Shown here one piece after another: positions 36,735 to 48,584 of a stretch of 64,000 bases of DNA. The position numbers and the translations under genes are program-made. The stretch is from Lama glama. Lineage: Eukaryota. The notes beneath the pieces were generated by a model that saw nothing but the letters and a program-made list of their open reading frames with translations, was not told the DNA's origin and did not search any database. How positions within the stretch are numbered: the first letter of the stretch is position 1; the number at the start of each line of letters is the position of its first letter. The DNA is taken from NCBI GenBank assembly GCA_028534125.1, contig CM052818.1, positions 23,996,001 to 24,060,000 of the forward strand, read 5' to 3'.

Positions 36735-36895
36735 GCCCCGGCACTCATTATGCCAGGCATTGCTCTGGGTATTTTATATATTAACTCACTCACAACCCTC
36801 CTAGCAGCCAATGAAGTAAGGATTAGTATTAATTCCAGTTCACAGATGAGGAAACTCAGGTACAGAGAGATTAATGTTTAATAACTTCTTAGATT
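36735..36895 (-). mobile_element. MIR SINE
   Basis: 'tatgccaggcattgctctggg...acagatgaggaaactcaggtacagagag'. Confidence 0.8.
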
Positions 36896-37362
36896 TGAAG
36901 AATCATCAATCAATAACAGAAGATAGTTTGCCCAATTTATTATAAATTACCTTCAAAAACTGAAGAAAATGCAAATCTAATATTATAGATGCTACCCAAA
37001 TCAGAAGTGCTCCATCTGTTGATGTGGCATTATTCTAATTAACTGTTTTCATGCTGGAGAAGCTCTATTAACTAACTTCCATCTTTCTCTTTTAGTGGAT
37101 TAACTACTTCATCTGTAATATTCATAATACACCATACCCCTTGTAGCTGGCAAGCTAAGGACACCCTACTCTACCATTCCCATCAGTTTAGCTGAATGCT
37201 AATAGTCAGCTGAATTTATTCTTAAACCTATATATACCATTTTACTTGGTCCTTTACTTGCATCATTCAATTAAACATCATACAAACCAATACAAATGTG
37301 AGTATGAAAAAAAAATGGAATTGTTGGCTCCATTTCAACAAGTTACATGCTTTGCTATCACT

Positions 37363-37883
37363 TGTGTGGTTAATTTTATGTATCAACTTGACTAGGCTAA
37401 GGAATGTCCAGGTAGCTGGTAAAACATTATTTCTGGATGCATCTATGAAAGTGTCTCCAGAAAAGTTTAACATCTGAATTGGTAGAATGAATAAAGTAGA
37501 TGGCCCTCCCCAGTGTGGGTGGACGTCATCAAATCCCCTGAGGACCTGAACAGAACAAAAAGGCAGAGGAAGGGTGGGTCTGCTTTCATTGCTTGAGATG
37601 GGATATCCGTCCTCTCCTTCCCTCAGACATCAGTGCTCCTGGTTCTCTGGCCTTTGGACTGAGACTGAATTATAATAACAGTTTTCCTAGCTCTCCAGCT
37701 TGCAGACAGCAGATCATGAGACTTCTCAGCTGCCATAATCATGTGATCGGTTTCTATAAAAAATTATATATATATACACACATATATGAATTATGCATAT
37801 CTATATCTATACCTCTAGCCTATATATAAGTCTATACCTATATCCTATCCTGGTTCTTTCTCTGGAGAACCCTGACTAATACA
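37363..37883 (+). mobile_element. Complete ERVL solo LTR (MLT2A/B-like) with 5-bp TSD
   Basis: TGTG..GGTTAATTTTATGTATCAACTTGACT start, 'ctggagaaccctgactaataca' end; TSD tcact (37358-62) / acact (37884-88). Confidence 0.92.
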
Positions 37884-39234
37884 ACACTTAAAAAATTGAG
37901 CTGATTTTTAAAAATGATATTGTTTTTGGTCTGAATGAACCAAATATAAAAGTCTGGGGAAGGACTCAATTAGTATATCTATACTCCAAGAAAAAGAAAA
38001 TTAGTATATATTTAAATGTTCTATGTGTAAGCATAATGTGTAAGTGTTAACTGACTCATTTAATTAAAAAAAAATCACATCCAAATTTAATAAAAGAATG
38101 TAGGATTTTTCTGTATATACTTGATTATCATGACCTGCCAACCTGAAGTTTATCCTAAAGTAGTGACCCTGAGGTTGGTTTTCAAAACTTTCAATGCAGA
38201 ATTCATGCATCCAATGTCCAAATGATTAGTGCATTTCAAAGAAGACTTTTATACAAGCTATAAATCTATCTACCTTTCTATCTTCAGGGATATAGCCTTT
38301 ACTAAGAAACGTTTTGTGATGAATCTTTGAGATTCACTTTGTGAATTACTTTGAAAGACAGACAAAAATATTTGATTATGTTATGAATATTCTATATTTT
38401 GTATCTTAAAGATAGGTACAAGCCTAGAAACTTCTCCTCCCCAGATTTTCCAAATCTGAATACAGGTAATTAGAGTTGTTTACAAAAAACCAGACCACCA
38501 AGTCTTCTGGAGTTAAGTGATGTGCTTCCATAGGCTTTGGAGAAAATTCCAGAAGGAATTCATTGATTAAGATCCTGTTTGCAAAGGAACTGATGTTTTC
38601 CTTGTGTAAAACCTGTCAAGGTAAATATTTTGTAAGGGCAGCATTTTTTAGCTGTATTTGCTTAAAATAAAATCACATTCTCTTATATCACTTCTTAGTA
38701 AGGAAATTCTTTTATCATTGTTAAATGAATTCAAACTGTCTTCTGTTTTCAGACATATACGTATTTCAAATGAGCAGTGATCTTTCCCCTTAAAGCTGGC
38801 TTCAGTTTGTGGGGGGAGCACATTAACTCTTAACTATAGCCAGCACAGTCCTAATCATATTTTGGGCTTCTGCTGATACGTATAGAAAGAATTATTATGT
38901 CTCCTCAGCCTAGTTAATTCCACTTACAATTAACATATCAGTTTCAGGTCATAATGCTGTCTCTGACTATTCTGCCACATGGTTTCCATACTGACCACGT
39001 GGACATCATGTGTTCTTAACCATCTAGTACTTATTTCACTCTTTCAATAAAATGAGCCAAATATGTTACTAAATATGATGAACATTTTCATCTTTGGAAG
39101 TATTGTTATATTAATAAATTAAACAGAAGAACTTTCTTAGACTCCATAGCTTTCTCTTTTTGTTTGTTTCAGGAAAATATTGCCACAAGATCTGTAGTGT
39201 GTACCCAAATCTAGCCTATTATGAAAATAACCCG

Positions 39235-39760
39235 GTGATTAAGGATTGGTCTTGGCTATAAGCAACAAAACCCAATTATGATAAACACAAACATTACGTA
39301 TTGGAAGACTATCAAGTAGCTCATGAAACTTACGTGCAGCTTGGAGAATCAGGATGAGGAGTTAAAAGGCAAGCTATGGCATGGGGTACGTGCTTGAGGC
39401 CAGCATATCTGGTTACAATTCTACCTCTGACTTTCACTACCACCCCTGAAATTTGAATTCCATTGCTGTCGCTGGACTTGAAATGCCACCAGCAATGCAG
39501 TGAATAACTTTTGCATTCTCCCTGAATGTTTGCATCACTATTCCAGTTTCACTTGCTTCACCCTTCTAGTTCCAGGCAGAGATTTGATTAGCAACACCTA
39601 GGTAATTTATCTGTTGCCAGTTATGTGGGAGAGGAATGAACTGGGAATATGCAACTCCCTTATATGTTGCATCCCACCAGAACTAATCCAATGGGAGATT
39701 CCTCCCAAATAAAGAGATTTCTATACTTAAAATAGTGAAAAATATTCACTGCCCAGACCT
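39235..39760 (-). mobile_element. Old MaLR LTR (MLT1K/L/N-like)
   Basis: 'ttaaggattggtcttggctataagcaacaaaacccaa...tattggaagactatcaagtagctcatgaa'. Confidence 0.55.
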
Positions 39761-39809
39761 CATTTCTTGGAGATTTTGGCACAGTAGGTCTAGGATGAAG
39801 ACTTACCAG

Positions 39810-39928
39810 TGTACCATAGAAACTATGAAATTAAATAGCCCTGGGTTCAAATCTGTCTTTTACAATTTGTATGCTGTTGAGTAAATAATATAATCTTCTC
39901 TGTATCACAATTCTCTGTGGGAATAAGT
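39810..39928 (+). mobile_element. MIR fragment
   Basis: 'ctgggttcaaatctg...taatcttctctgtatcacaatt'. Confidence 0.5.
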
Positions 39929-39929
39929 C

Positions 39930-40140
39930 TGTTACGAGTCTTGAGCATTCCTACATGTTCTTCTGAATGTGCTAGACTGCAAGACGTGACCGTCCCTGAC
40001 ACTGAGCAGTTTCTCTAGATGGGAATTAAGCAGCCTCAGGTGACCACAGCGTAACTATGGTGCAAGTGTTTGTTCTCCACAGAAAAGGGACTGCCTTGTG
40101 TTCTGGCAGTGAAAGTATAGCCAAGCCCTTCGTCCTGTGC
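39930..40140 (+). mobile_element. ERVL LTR 5' fragment (MER70/MER76-like)
   Basis: 'tgttacgagtcttgagcattcctacatgttcttctgaatgtgc' LTR start. Confidence 0.6.
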
Positions 40141-41939
40141 CAGCTTGTTGAAAGGTCTAAGATTTGTTGAGTTAAAAAAAAAAAAAAGATGGTTTAAGAG
40201 ATTATCACCATGGGAATTCTGACCTATCTGCAGGCTCAAGAAGTAATCCAGAAACTAGTTTTGACTCTGAGAATAGAGGAACGATCTGAAAAAACTGAAA
40301 TTAACAAAATTGTCTGTTTCTCTCATAATTAAGAAATGCCCTTGCATGAAGTTATACAAGGGGAGAGAGTGATAAAAAAAAAAAGGAGGAGTAAGATGAC
40401 AAGGCTGTATAAAAAAAGGAAGGAGAAGGAGGGAAAGGAAGAAAAGAGGAGCTTATTTCCATCATATGTAATTTTATTTAAGCTCCTTAAAATAATGATT
40501 ATGCCAGTGCATAGAGTATGTGAAAGAACTCATGCAAAATCAATTTATATATTAATTGATGAATCACAGGGTGGGTAAACCTAGAAATAAGATCATATGT
40601 TATTAATAAATAACTATCTTTATCTCAGGAACAGTACCCTAAGGTAGTTATTGAGAGATCGCTACTACTGGGTGATTGTAAGGAATAGGGCTTTCTAAAC
40701 AGATTGAAGAAGAAGAAAAAAATTAGAAAATCAGTTCAGTGTTAGGGGAAACTTTGACTGAGATAAAGATAATACCCACACACCCAGCGAATTTAGATAC
40801 CAAGGAAAACTTCTGCTTTCTTTGGGAATAAACTCTGGAGATACTCATAAATTCAGAAATTCTAATGAGCCTATGAGTAGGTGAAGATAAATTCTCAATT
40901 AAAGACTATGCCAATTTAACAAGAAGAGATTAGCAAGTATTGTTTGATAAGGTTCTTGATCAAACCCATCAGAGACAAATCTTCAAGGTCTTAACAGAGA
41001 AAGATTACAATTACCAGTTTATGCATTGAGTATCTGGCAGTAGAATAGTGAGGATTTCCCATACAGACCTTTCCCAAAGATCAGCTTCTGAAGGAATAGT
41101 TCATTGTATGTTATCTAATTAATCTGCACCACGCCATGGGAAGTTAAATTTAGATAAGATTCTCATTTTAGAGTGAGAAATTGAATTACAAAAAGTAATT
41201 AATAGCCTTATGTTACGGATTAGAGCTCAAACTAAACACACATTTTCCCAGTACCTCCTGAGAGCTGGCCTCAATCAAAGCAAGAGAAGCCATTGCCTAT
41301 TCCTGAGATCTAAGGGGCACTGGGAAAGCCCTCAAATGTTTCCCTTCAAAAATGTCAAAAATATCTGTAATGCTTTCTTTTGGATTAACAAGATTTCTGA
41401 TGACTAAATGAACTTAATGTAAATATCCCTGAGAAGATTAATGCAGTACTATATTAAAGTTTATTAGTTACAGCAGATAGATTTCCTTTTAAGTACTTAA
41501 TAAGGTCAAGGCACTGAAGAAACTGGGTTAAGAACATCTACTTTGACATATTAGGGAGGCAAGTTGTTAGAAGTTGCACAATGAAACATTGGGATGGCAT
41601 AAGGCCCTTGTCATATTTAGAATCAGTAAAAAATAAAATAAAAAAACAGGTGGAAATGGCAAAGTTAAGTTAAAAAATATAATGGTTGAAAAAGTTGTAT
41701 CTACTGCTAAGATTTTCCAAGACCAATCCCTAATGGATACATAAGTCTTCAGTGGACAATACAATGTGTGGCTCTTTCTAGACTGTTTGTACCTTCCCCA
41801 TTGCTCATTATTATGATTTAAATGTGTCTTCCACACTGGATTGTAACTTCTTTGAAGTAAAAACTGCTCAACCATTTAATAAATGTATTAAGATCCCACA
41901 ACTTTTTAGATATTCTGATAAAATCATGAAAACTTCAAG

Positions 41940-42045
41940 GCCCTTGTCCTTAAGACTCATAAGGACTAGAGAGGAGTTCTCTGTCATTTATCCTTGTATT
42001 TCCTGCACCTAGCAGAGTGATAGAAGCACTTAAACAAATCTAATT
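41940..42045 (+). mobile_element. L2 3' tail fragment
   Basis: 'atttatccttgtatttcctgcacctagcagagtgatagaagcacttaaacaaat'. Confidence 0.55.
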
Positions 42046-42477
42046 CTTTTGTTAAAAGGTATCACCTGTTTCATTTTCTTCAGAAGAGGATAATACTTGT
42101 CCCATTTACAGAGTAATACAATTAATTTGAAGAAATGTTCAGAGATTATACCAAGAATTACTTCGGTAAATATCCAAAAAGCTACTAGACAAGACTGAAC
42201 GTATCTAGTTATGTGGAAAGTAAATTTGTTGATGCAGGCTGTATCCACAGAGCCTAGAAAGAATCCATCACATTGTAGTCTCAATAAGACTTCGTCACTG
42301 AAATACAGAAGATGATGGTAACTTGCAAATTTCGCTTCCCTTCTCTATCTTCATATTCCAGTTGATTTGAAGCATTAGGAAGCTCAATTAGAATTACTGA
42401 GATTCTGGGTAAGTCTTAAATAAACCCATAAAAGTTGAGGGTTATCTCTGAAAAGTACAATGGTAAAATGTGTTTAG

Positions 42478-42705
42478 CCTGCACTGCCAATGTGGTAGCC
42501 ACTAGCCATATGTAGCTATTTATATTTAGATTTAAATTAATACAAATTGAATACTATTTAAAATTTCAGTTCCTCAAAAAAAAAAATCAGTTTCTCAGTA
42601 ACACTAGCCATGTTTCAAAGGTTTATTAGAGAGAGGCCGCCATATTGGATAGCACAGATAGAGAACGTTTCCACCACAATAAGAAGTTCAACTACATGGT
42701 TGGTC
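42478..42705. mobile_element. MER3-like hAT-Charlie MITE
   Basis: 'ccaatgtggtagccactagccatatgtagctatt...ccatattggatagcacagatagagaacgtttcca'. Confidence 0.85.
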
Positions 42706-43399
42706 TAATTGTCAGAGGGCTGCACCTTGAGGTGAGAAAAAAAATTAGATTCCTGGTTTTGGTGTAAGTTATGCATTTGGGTTATACCTAAATTTACTTA
42801 CTACAAAAATGGAATGCAAAAATTTAGTTCTTTGGGAAATAAACAGTATAACTACTCCGAACTGAAATCTTTAATTGGCAGAAAGCATTATGTCAATTTA
42901 GCTAGTTTAATCTAACATTACTAAAAATAAGTGATGTAAATTTACAGTACTATGAAAAGCTCTGCTGGAGGGAATCTAGAAAAATTCAAGAAGCCAATCC
43001 AACCACAGGAAATACCTGTGACTCACCCCTCTCCCAGTCATTTCTTAAGAATGAAATTGCATTTAATATAACATATAATCTAAGCTCAGCTCACTATAGG
43101 CATCATTGTTTTACAGTTGTTTAGAGTAATTTACATGTATTTATCTCTATTTCATGCTATCCATTTCTGAATAATTGTTATCTTTAATGGTTTAACAGGG
43201 GTCATATAAGTAAAAATATTCTACAAGCTAGAGGAACATCCTTTATTGCACCTCTCAATCATTTGTTTTTCTTACTTGAAATATGAAAAGCCCTATACTT
43301 CCCTACATAGTCCATTTCATTGTTGAACACTGTAACTTTTATTTTTCTGTAATCCTAAAGTAAAAAATAATAGCACACCTCTTTATCTAAAATCTATAA

Positions 43400-43790
43400 T
43401 CCTCTACAAGAAAAGGTCATCTAGTCTTTTATTCAACATTTCCAGCAATTTTTTTTTAATCGAAGTATAGTCAATTACAATGCTGTGTTAATTTCTGGTA
43501 TAGAGCAGAGTGATTCACTTATACTTACAGTGATGTTTTTGAAATCACCCATGTTCATTCACATTTTATGCCACTGATGATTTTCTTACACTTTACTGGA
43601 ACACTAATTCAACCTATTGATTCATTCTTTAAACGTCTATGGATACACAGGGAAAGTCTTAGCCCTCTCCTACGTGACAGCACCTTAATTACTTTAAGAT
43701 AACTCTCATGCTCCAGTGTCCTCCAAGGCTTCTACCTTCCCAAGCCTAAATATCATCAGTTTCCTCAATCACTCCCTCCTAAGTCTTCCC
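43400..43790 (-). mobile_element. L3/CR1 3' fragment, interrupted by an L1 tip
   Basis: 'ggtcatctagtcttttattcaacatttccag', 'ccctctcctacgtgacagcaccttaattactttaaga', 'ccaagcctaaatatcatcagtttcctcaatc'. Confidence 0.6.
43450..43524 (-). mobile_element. ~75-bp L1 3' tip (cetartiodactyl L1)
   Basis: Poly-T then 'aatcgaagtatagtcaattacaatgctgtgttaatttctggtatagagcagagtgattca'. Confidence 0.8.
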
Positions 43791-44264
43791 GCTGTCTGAG
43801 AAGTCTTCTGTCAACAGAATTTATGGATCATTTTCTTCACACCTGATGAGTTGCCAAAAGATTAAGTGCCAACCCTGAGTTATTCACTACCCTAGACTTT
43901 ATGTGGCTGTAGGAAGCAAAATCAACAACTTCAATCTCTTTTCCTGCCAACCAAGAATATATCAGGCAAGCTCTTGGTCAGGTAATTGGGGAGCCTCTAT
44001 TTCTGTCTATAGACATTAGGAGTTTTAATATTGCTAAATGTTATAGTTACTTTCAGGATGTCCACTTATGAATGAGGTACTGAATAAAATAACAGTAAGA
44101 TGAAGAAAAAAATGCGTTTAGATGTACTTATGACCTTGGGTGTTGTCATAAGAAAAGGGGAAAAGGCAAAGGCTTAGAAAGCAGTATGTAAAGAAACGCG
44201 CACGTGCACACCCTCACAGACGCACACACTCGCACACACTCTGCCAGCTGGAGTATATCACACA

Positions 44265-45420
44265 GGAGCAAGAGACATAACCATCAAGGGAAAGACTGGT
44301 AAATTGAAAGTCGTAAGATAAATAACATCTTCACAAGAAGAGATTTCATAAAGAAATATAAAGGATAGGCCACAATTTTGATAAAATTATTTTTAATATA
44401 TGCAAACTGTGAAAGAATAGCAGACAGCAAACACAAATAACATATAAATCAAGTAAGAATAATTTAAAAGAGCCAATATGAAAAACAAGCAAAGGTTTTG
44501 AATTCATAAGGAAGAAATTCAAATGGCCAAGGACAGATGCTGAATTTCACTAGTAAAAAGCACCATAAAATGTAATTAATTAAAATTACACCCATAAGAT
44601 TTGCAACAAACATGTTAATATATGTGAGTAAACAGTAACTCGTTTCTTTCTGGTATGAATCTAAATTGGTCTACCAACTTTGAGAGCAATTTTACAATAG
44701 CACCTAAATTGAATTTCTTGACTAAGTGAAATATTATAAATAATCTACACATGCACTGAGAACGAAACAGAATACATACTGTGGTTGTAATCACACACCT
44801 GAGTATACTACATCACTTAAAAATAGATGGACTAAATCTACTTGTGTTAATGTCATGAAACCTCAAAAATAATATGAAGCAAAAATATCTATTTAAATCT
44901 TAAAACTTAACATGCAAATTTTTGGCAAAACTGGTAAATCACTGAAGGAAAGATATATACCAAAATAGGAATGAGGGATTATTTTAGGAAAGAAACAAGT
45001 GACTACTGTTAGGAGAGCTATTCAAAGAGTTCTGCATGTGTATCTGAAATTTTTTATGTCTTTTAAAATACGTCTACATAAAATAATTTAAAATGTTAAA
45101 AATTATTTAAGCTGGGTGATGATTTCTGTAAGAGGTTTATTTAAAATTTGTATATGTTTTCAATAAATTATTCTCATATTTTTCATAGTTTTCAATGTTT
45201 TATAACATAAAACAAAATAATAAATAAGTTTATGAATTATACCTCTAAAGTCAGGAATTATATTGTGAAGATAAAGAAGAGCTTTGCTTACTTAATATAG
45301 TTTAATAGTATTATTAGAATTTCTGCAGTGAGAAAGTTTTCATACATTTACTTTCAAACATATACTTTCATAAGTAAATTAAAATAAATTACATAAATAT
45401 AAAATAAAATCATACATATG
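44265..45420 (+). mobile_element. Old L1ME LINE-1 3' portion, highly degenerate
   Basis: 'gaagaaattcaaatggccaa...gatgctgaatttcactagtaa', 'ctttgagagcaatttt'. Confidence 0.6.
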
Positions 45421-45929
45421 CATATGATATATGTGTATGTCTGAAGCCTACACTCTCTCACAGGACCCGGATGGCCATGAATAAACTTATGCAGCAAATG
45501 TTAAGAAATGACTTTCTGATCATCATACTTAGATGGCATTTTTAAAAAATCCACATGCCCTTCTCCACAATTCCTATCATGTCACTTTTAAATTGTGAGT
45601 CATACCTAAAAATTGCATTCCAAGTTGAGTCTAGCCAGCCTAAATTAAAACTAAGTCTAGTACTTTTCCTGTGTCTAATGTGTACTTCATGAACATAGCC
45701 CTAAGGTTATGTTAAGTTTTATTGTAACTTCAGCCTATGGTTGTCCATATCGTGCTTATATTCAATGAAATGACTTGGTCAGTTTTCATACATGATATTT
45801 GTAAGCTATGGACAAAGTCTCTGTTCCAGTCTGAAGATTCATCATCACCTTCATATTCACCAAGTCCTGATATCGCATGATGTGCAGACCCTTGTCATAC
45901 ACATTACTGTCTCTTGGTCTCCACAAATG

Positions 45930-46429
45930 AAGCAGGTATCTGCTGTGTCAGTCCACTGATCCATCCCATTCTGGAGAAGACAAAGGGAAGGAGCAATGTG
46001 ACCTAAGTTAAGGGAGACCAATGTATTCAGAGGGGAGCATAAAACATGAGACATTTCGTTGTTCTTTCCTGGTAATTCTGGGAGACTGGGAAACAGGTTC
46101 TCTCCCTCTGTCCCCCTCTTCCTCTCTCCCTCTCTCTCCCCCTACTCTATCTTCCTCCTCTCTCCCTCTCTGTCTCTGTTTCACAATGTGGGGTACACAT
46201 ATGAGTGTGAAGTCTGGACTGGCAGCCATGTTGTTATCATGAGGAAAATGCAGAGAGGAGAGCCTAGAATTAGACTGTCAACCAAAAAGAGAGATCAGAA
46301 CTATGATCAAATGATTACCTAGAAACTTGAGCTTTTAAAGTAATGAAAAAAACTAATTCCTGTCATTATGTTAAAGAGTGGAGATGGGTCTTCTTTTAAT
46401 TATAAATGAAAATGTCTTAGCTGATAACA
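45930..46429 (+). mobile_element. MaLR LTR (MLT1J/K/L-like) with CT-rich insert
   Basis: 'gaagtctggactggcagccatgttgttatcatgagg' and end 'aaatgaaaatgtcttagctgataaca'. Confidence 0.65.
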
Positions 46430-47450
46430 GAATTTGATTCAAGAAAGAGGAGTGCTAACATGTAACAGGTCCAAAATGTGAAATGGGTTGCAATTAGGAG
46501 GAAACAGTAAAGTGAGCATACTGGGTTAACAAACTGACTAGTTCTACTATTAAGTTAATTCTTTCTTTCTGAAACAGTACGCTATTATTCCTGGATTAGC
46601 AGAGCACATGCTACAAGGCTTCAGCATTAAGATATTTGCCAGGAAATTTTCTATATGCTAGATTGTGTTGGCTACTCAGTCTTACTGAGTGCTGCTGGAA
46701 TGGAGGCCTGCATTGAAGCTGACCATTCAGAGATCAGCGAGGGAAGAAAAACCTGCTTTTCTGGAAGAAGACTTTTTTGAATATAATCTGTAATCCAAGT
46801 AGACTGAGAACGAGAATCTGATCATTTGCACATATTCAGGGTTTGAAAAGCCCACTCTCTGTCCTAGCAGCCTAGTAGCAGCAGAGACGAGGAAGAAGCA
46901 GACATGGCAGAAACATGACTGAGGCCCAGGAATGGCAAGGCCAGTGCCTCAGCACCTTTGTCAAGATTACTCTACATTAAGAAGTGTCATGACCCCTCAT
47001 TAAGGAGATGTCACTGGGTTCAACCTAGAGCAACGTGTAGCTTATTCTTACCTCACCACCCACCCTTCATTTTTACATCATCCAACATGGCGGACATCAA
47101 AGGGACCCTAGACTAGGTAGTACAACTACACCAAGACTGACCAGCAGCAAAGAAAAATCCTGAAGCTGTGTCTTAGGCTCAAAGACTGTGGTAAGACAAT
47201 GGCTCTGACTTTCGATGCAACATATGGAAGCAAACAGACCAGAGACCCACATGTTTTTAAAGGAATTGTCTATTCAAAGAGGCCCCAGTTGATTTACCCC
47301 CATTGTTACTATTCAAATCAGAGGGTTACCTTGGTGTCTTAAAGTACCGTAACAGGAAATGTGCTACAAAAACAGCCAACATCCAGGATTTCACGTGAGT
47401 TTCTGATTAATCAAGTCCCTCTTCTCCATTTCAGTTAAAAGATACATTTG
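46430..47450 (+). mobile_element. MaLR internal sequence remnant (MLT1-int); 3' boundary uncertain
   Basis: Immediately after the LTR: 'gaatttgattcaagaaagaggagtgctaacatgtaacaggtccaaaatgtg', resembling the MLT1-int start. Confidence 0.5.
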
Positions 47451-48551
47451 TCCAAGTCATTATGAATCTCTATTCTATGACAGATTTTAAACATTCCCTT
47501 CCTGTTACACTTTCCCCAAGAATTTGTTTCTGAAAATTCGGTCTATTTCCATTACATGATGGCTTTACATGGTAACTGTGAAGTGGCAATGGATTAGCAG
47601 CTCACATAACTCAAGCCAGGCTGACCTTTGGTTCAGTGATATGTTTTGGGAAACAGAGTTTGAAGGATAGTGCATATTAAGCTCAAAGCAACAAAAGGGA
47701 GGGCAAGTCATTCACAAGATTATTAGATTAAAGATATGGATTATAACATAATAGCATTCATTGTAATGTTTATGGGAGAGAGCTTCACATTTGTTCACAG
47801 ATGTTTAGGGTGGGCAGTTCTGGGGAGTCCAGGATAAAATTGATATCTATGCTCGGATTCACGTGTTTTTGTCTCTATAAATCACGTCTTCTGAATCCTT
47901 CATCTCTGAGGGCTTATAGTTTGTGAGAATTCATACAGTTGAAACATTTTAGAAGTACGAAATGCTACATATAAGTCTATAATTTAGCAAGCAAAAAGAG
48001 AACTCAAATCCTTTGAAAAAAATTTTAGTGACCTTATTATAGAGCATAACCACGAATTAAAAAAAAAAACAGGCTTCATTAAGGAATTTAGGAATGAAAA
48101 CTTGGCTCTAGAGAATCCTCCAATAAGTTTATAACAGTAAAGTGACACTCTCCAATTAAAGTCATACACATCCTTTGAATAAAAACTGGCGACTATCAGT
48201 GAAAAATAATGTTTTTAATTGTAGCACCTTGCAACAAAGCAGTACCTTGAATAAGTCATTTAGTAGCAATGCAAAATCATAACAGGCTCATTAGCTGCAA
48301 TAAAAGAAATTATTCTGATTTCTCTTTATCCTCAAGTGAAACAATTAAAAAACCCTTATTTCTTCTTATTATTAAAATTTACTTGAGAGATAGAGTGATA
48401 CAGGAAAACATTTGCTTTTTAAGAGGCATTGTAGTAATGTCTTTTGCCTAATTTTCTAAGCAGCGCCACTGGAATGAGCCACAATTCAGCCACTGGCCTT
48501 CTTACTACAAAGTGAGAATTCTTTCCTGCAGACTGTGATAATGGATTATAG

Positions 48552-48584
48552 CACACCACACATACACACACACACACACACACA
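48552..48584. repeat. (CA)n microsatellite, interrupted
   Basis: Directly visible. Confidence 0.9.

Noticed and set aside
36195..36784. Overlapping 84-129 aa ORFs
   Set aside because: No recognisable domain, partly within MIR; consistent with chance
36540..36895. Adjacent inverted MIR pair as a dsRNA hairpin
   Set aside because: Copies too diverged for extended pairing; a common arrangement
39150..39240. Strong acceptor tttctctttttgtttgtttcAG
   Set aside because: Only a weak downstream donor and stops in two frames; isolated acceptors are common
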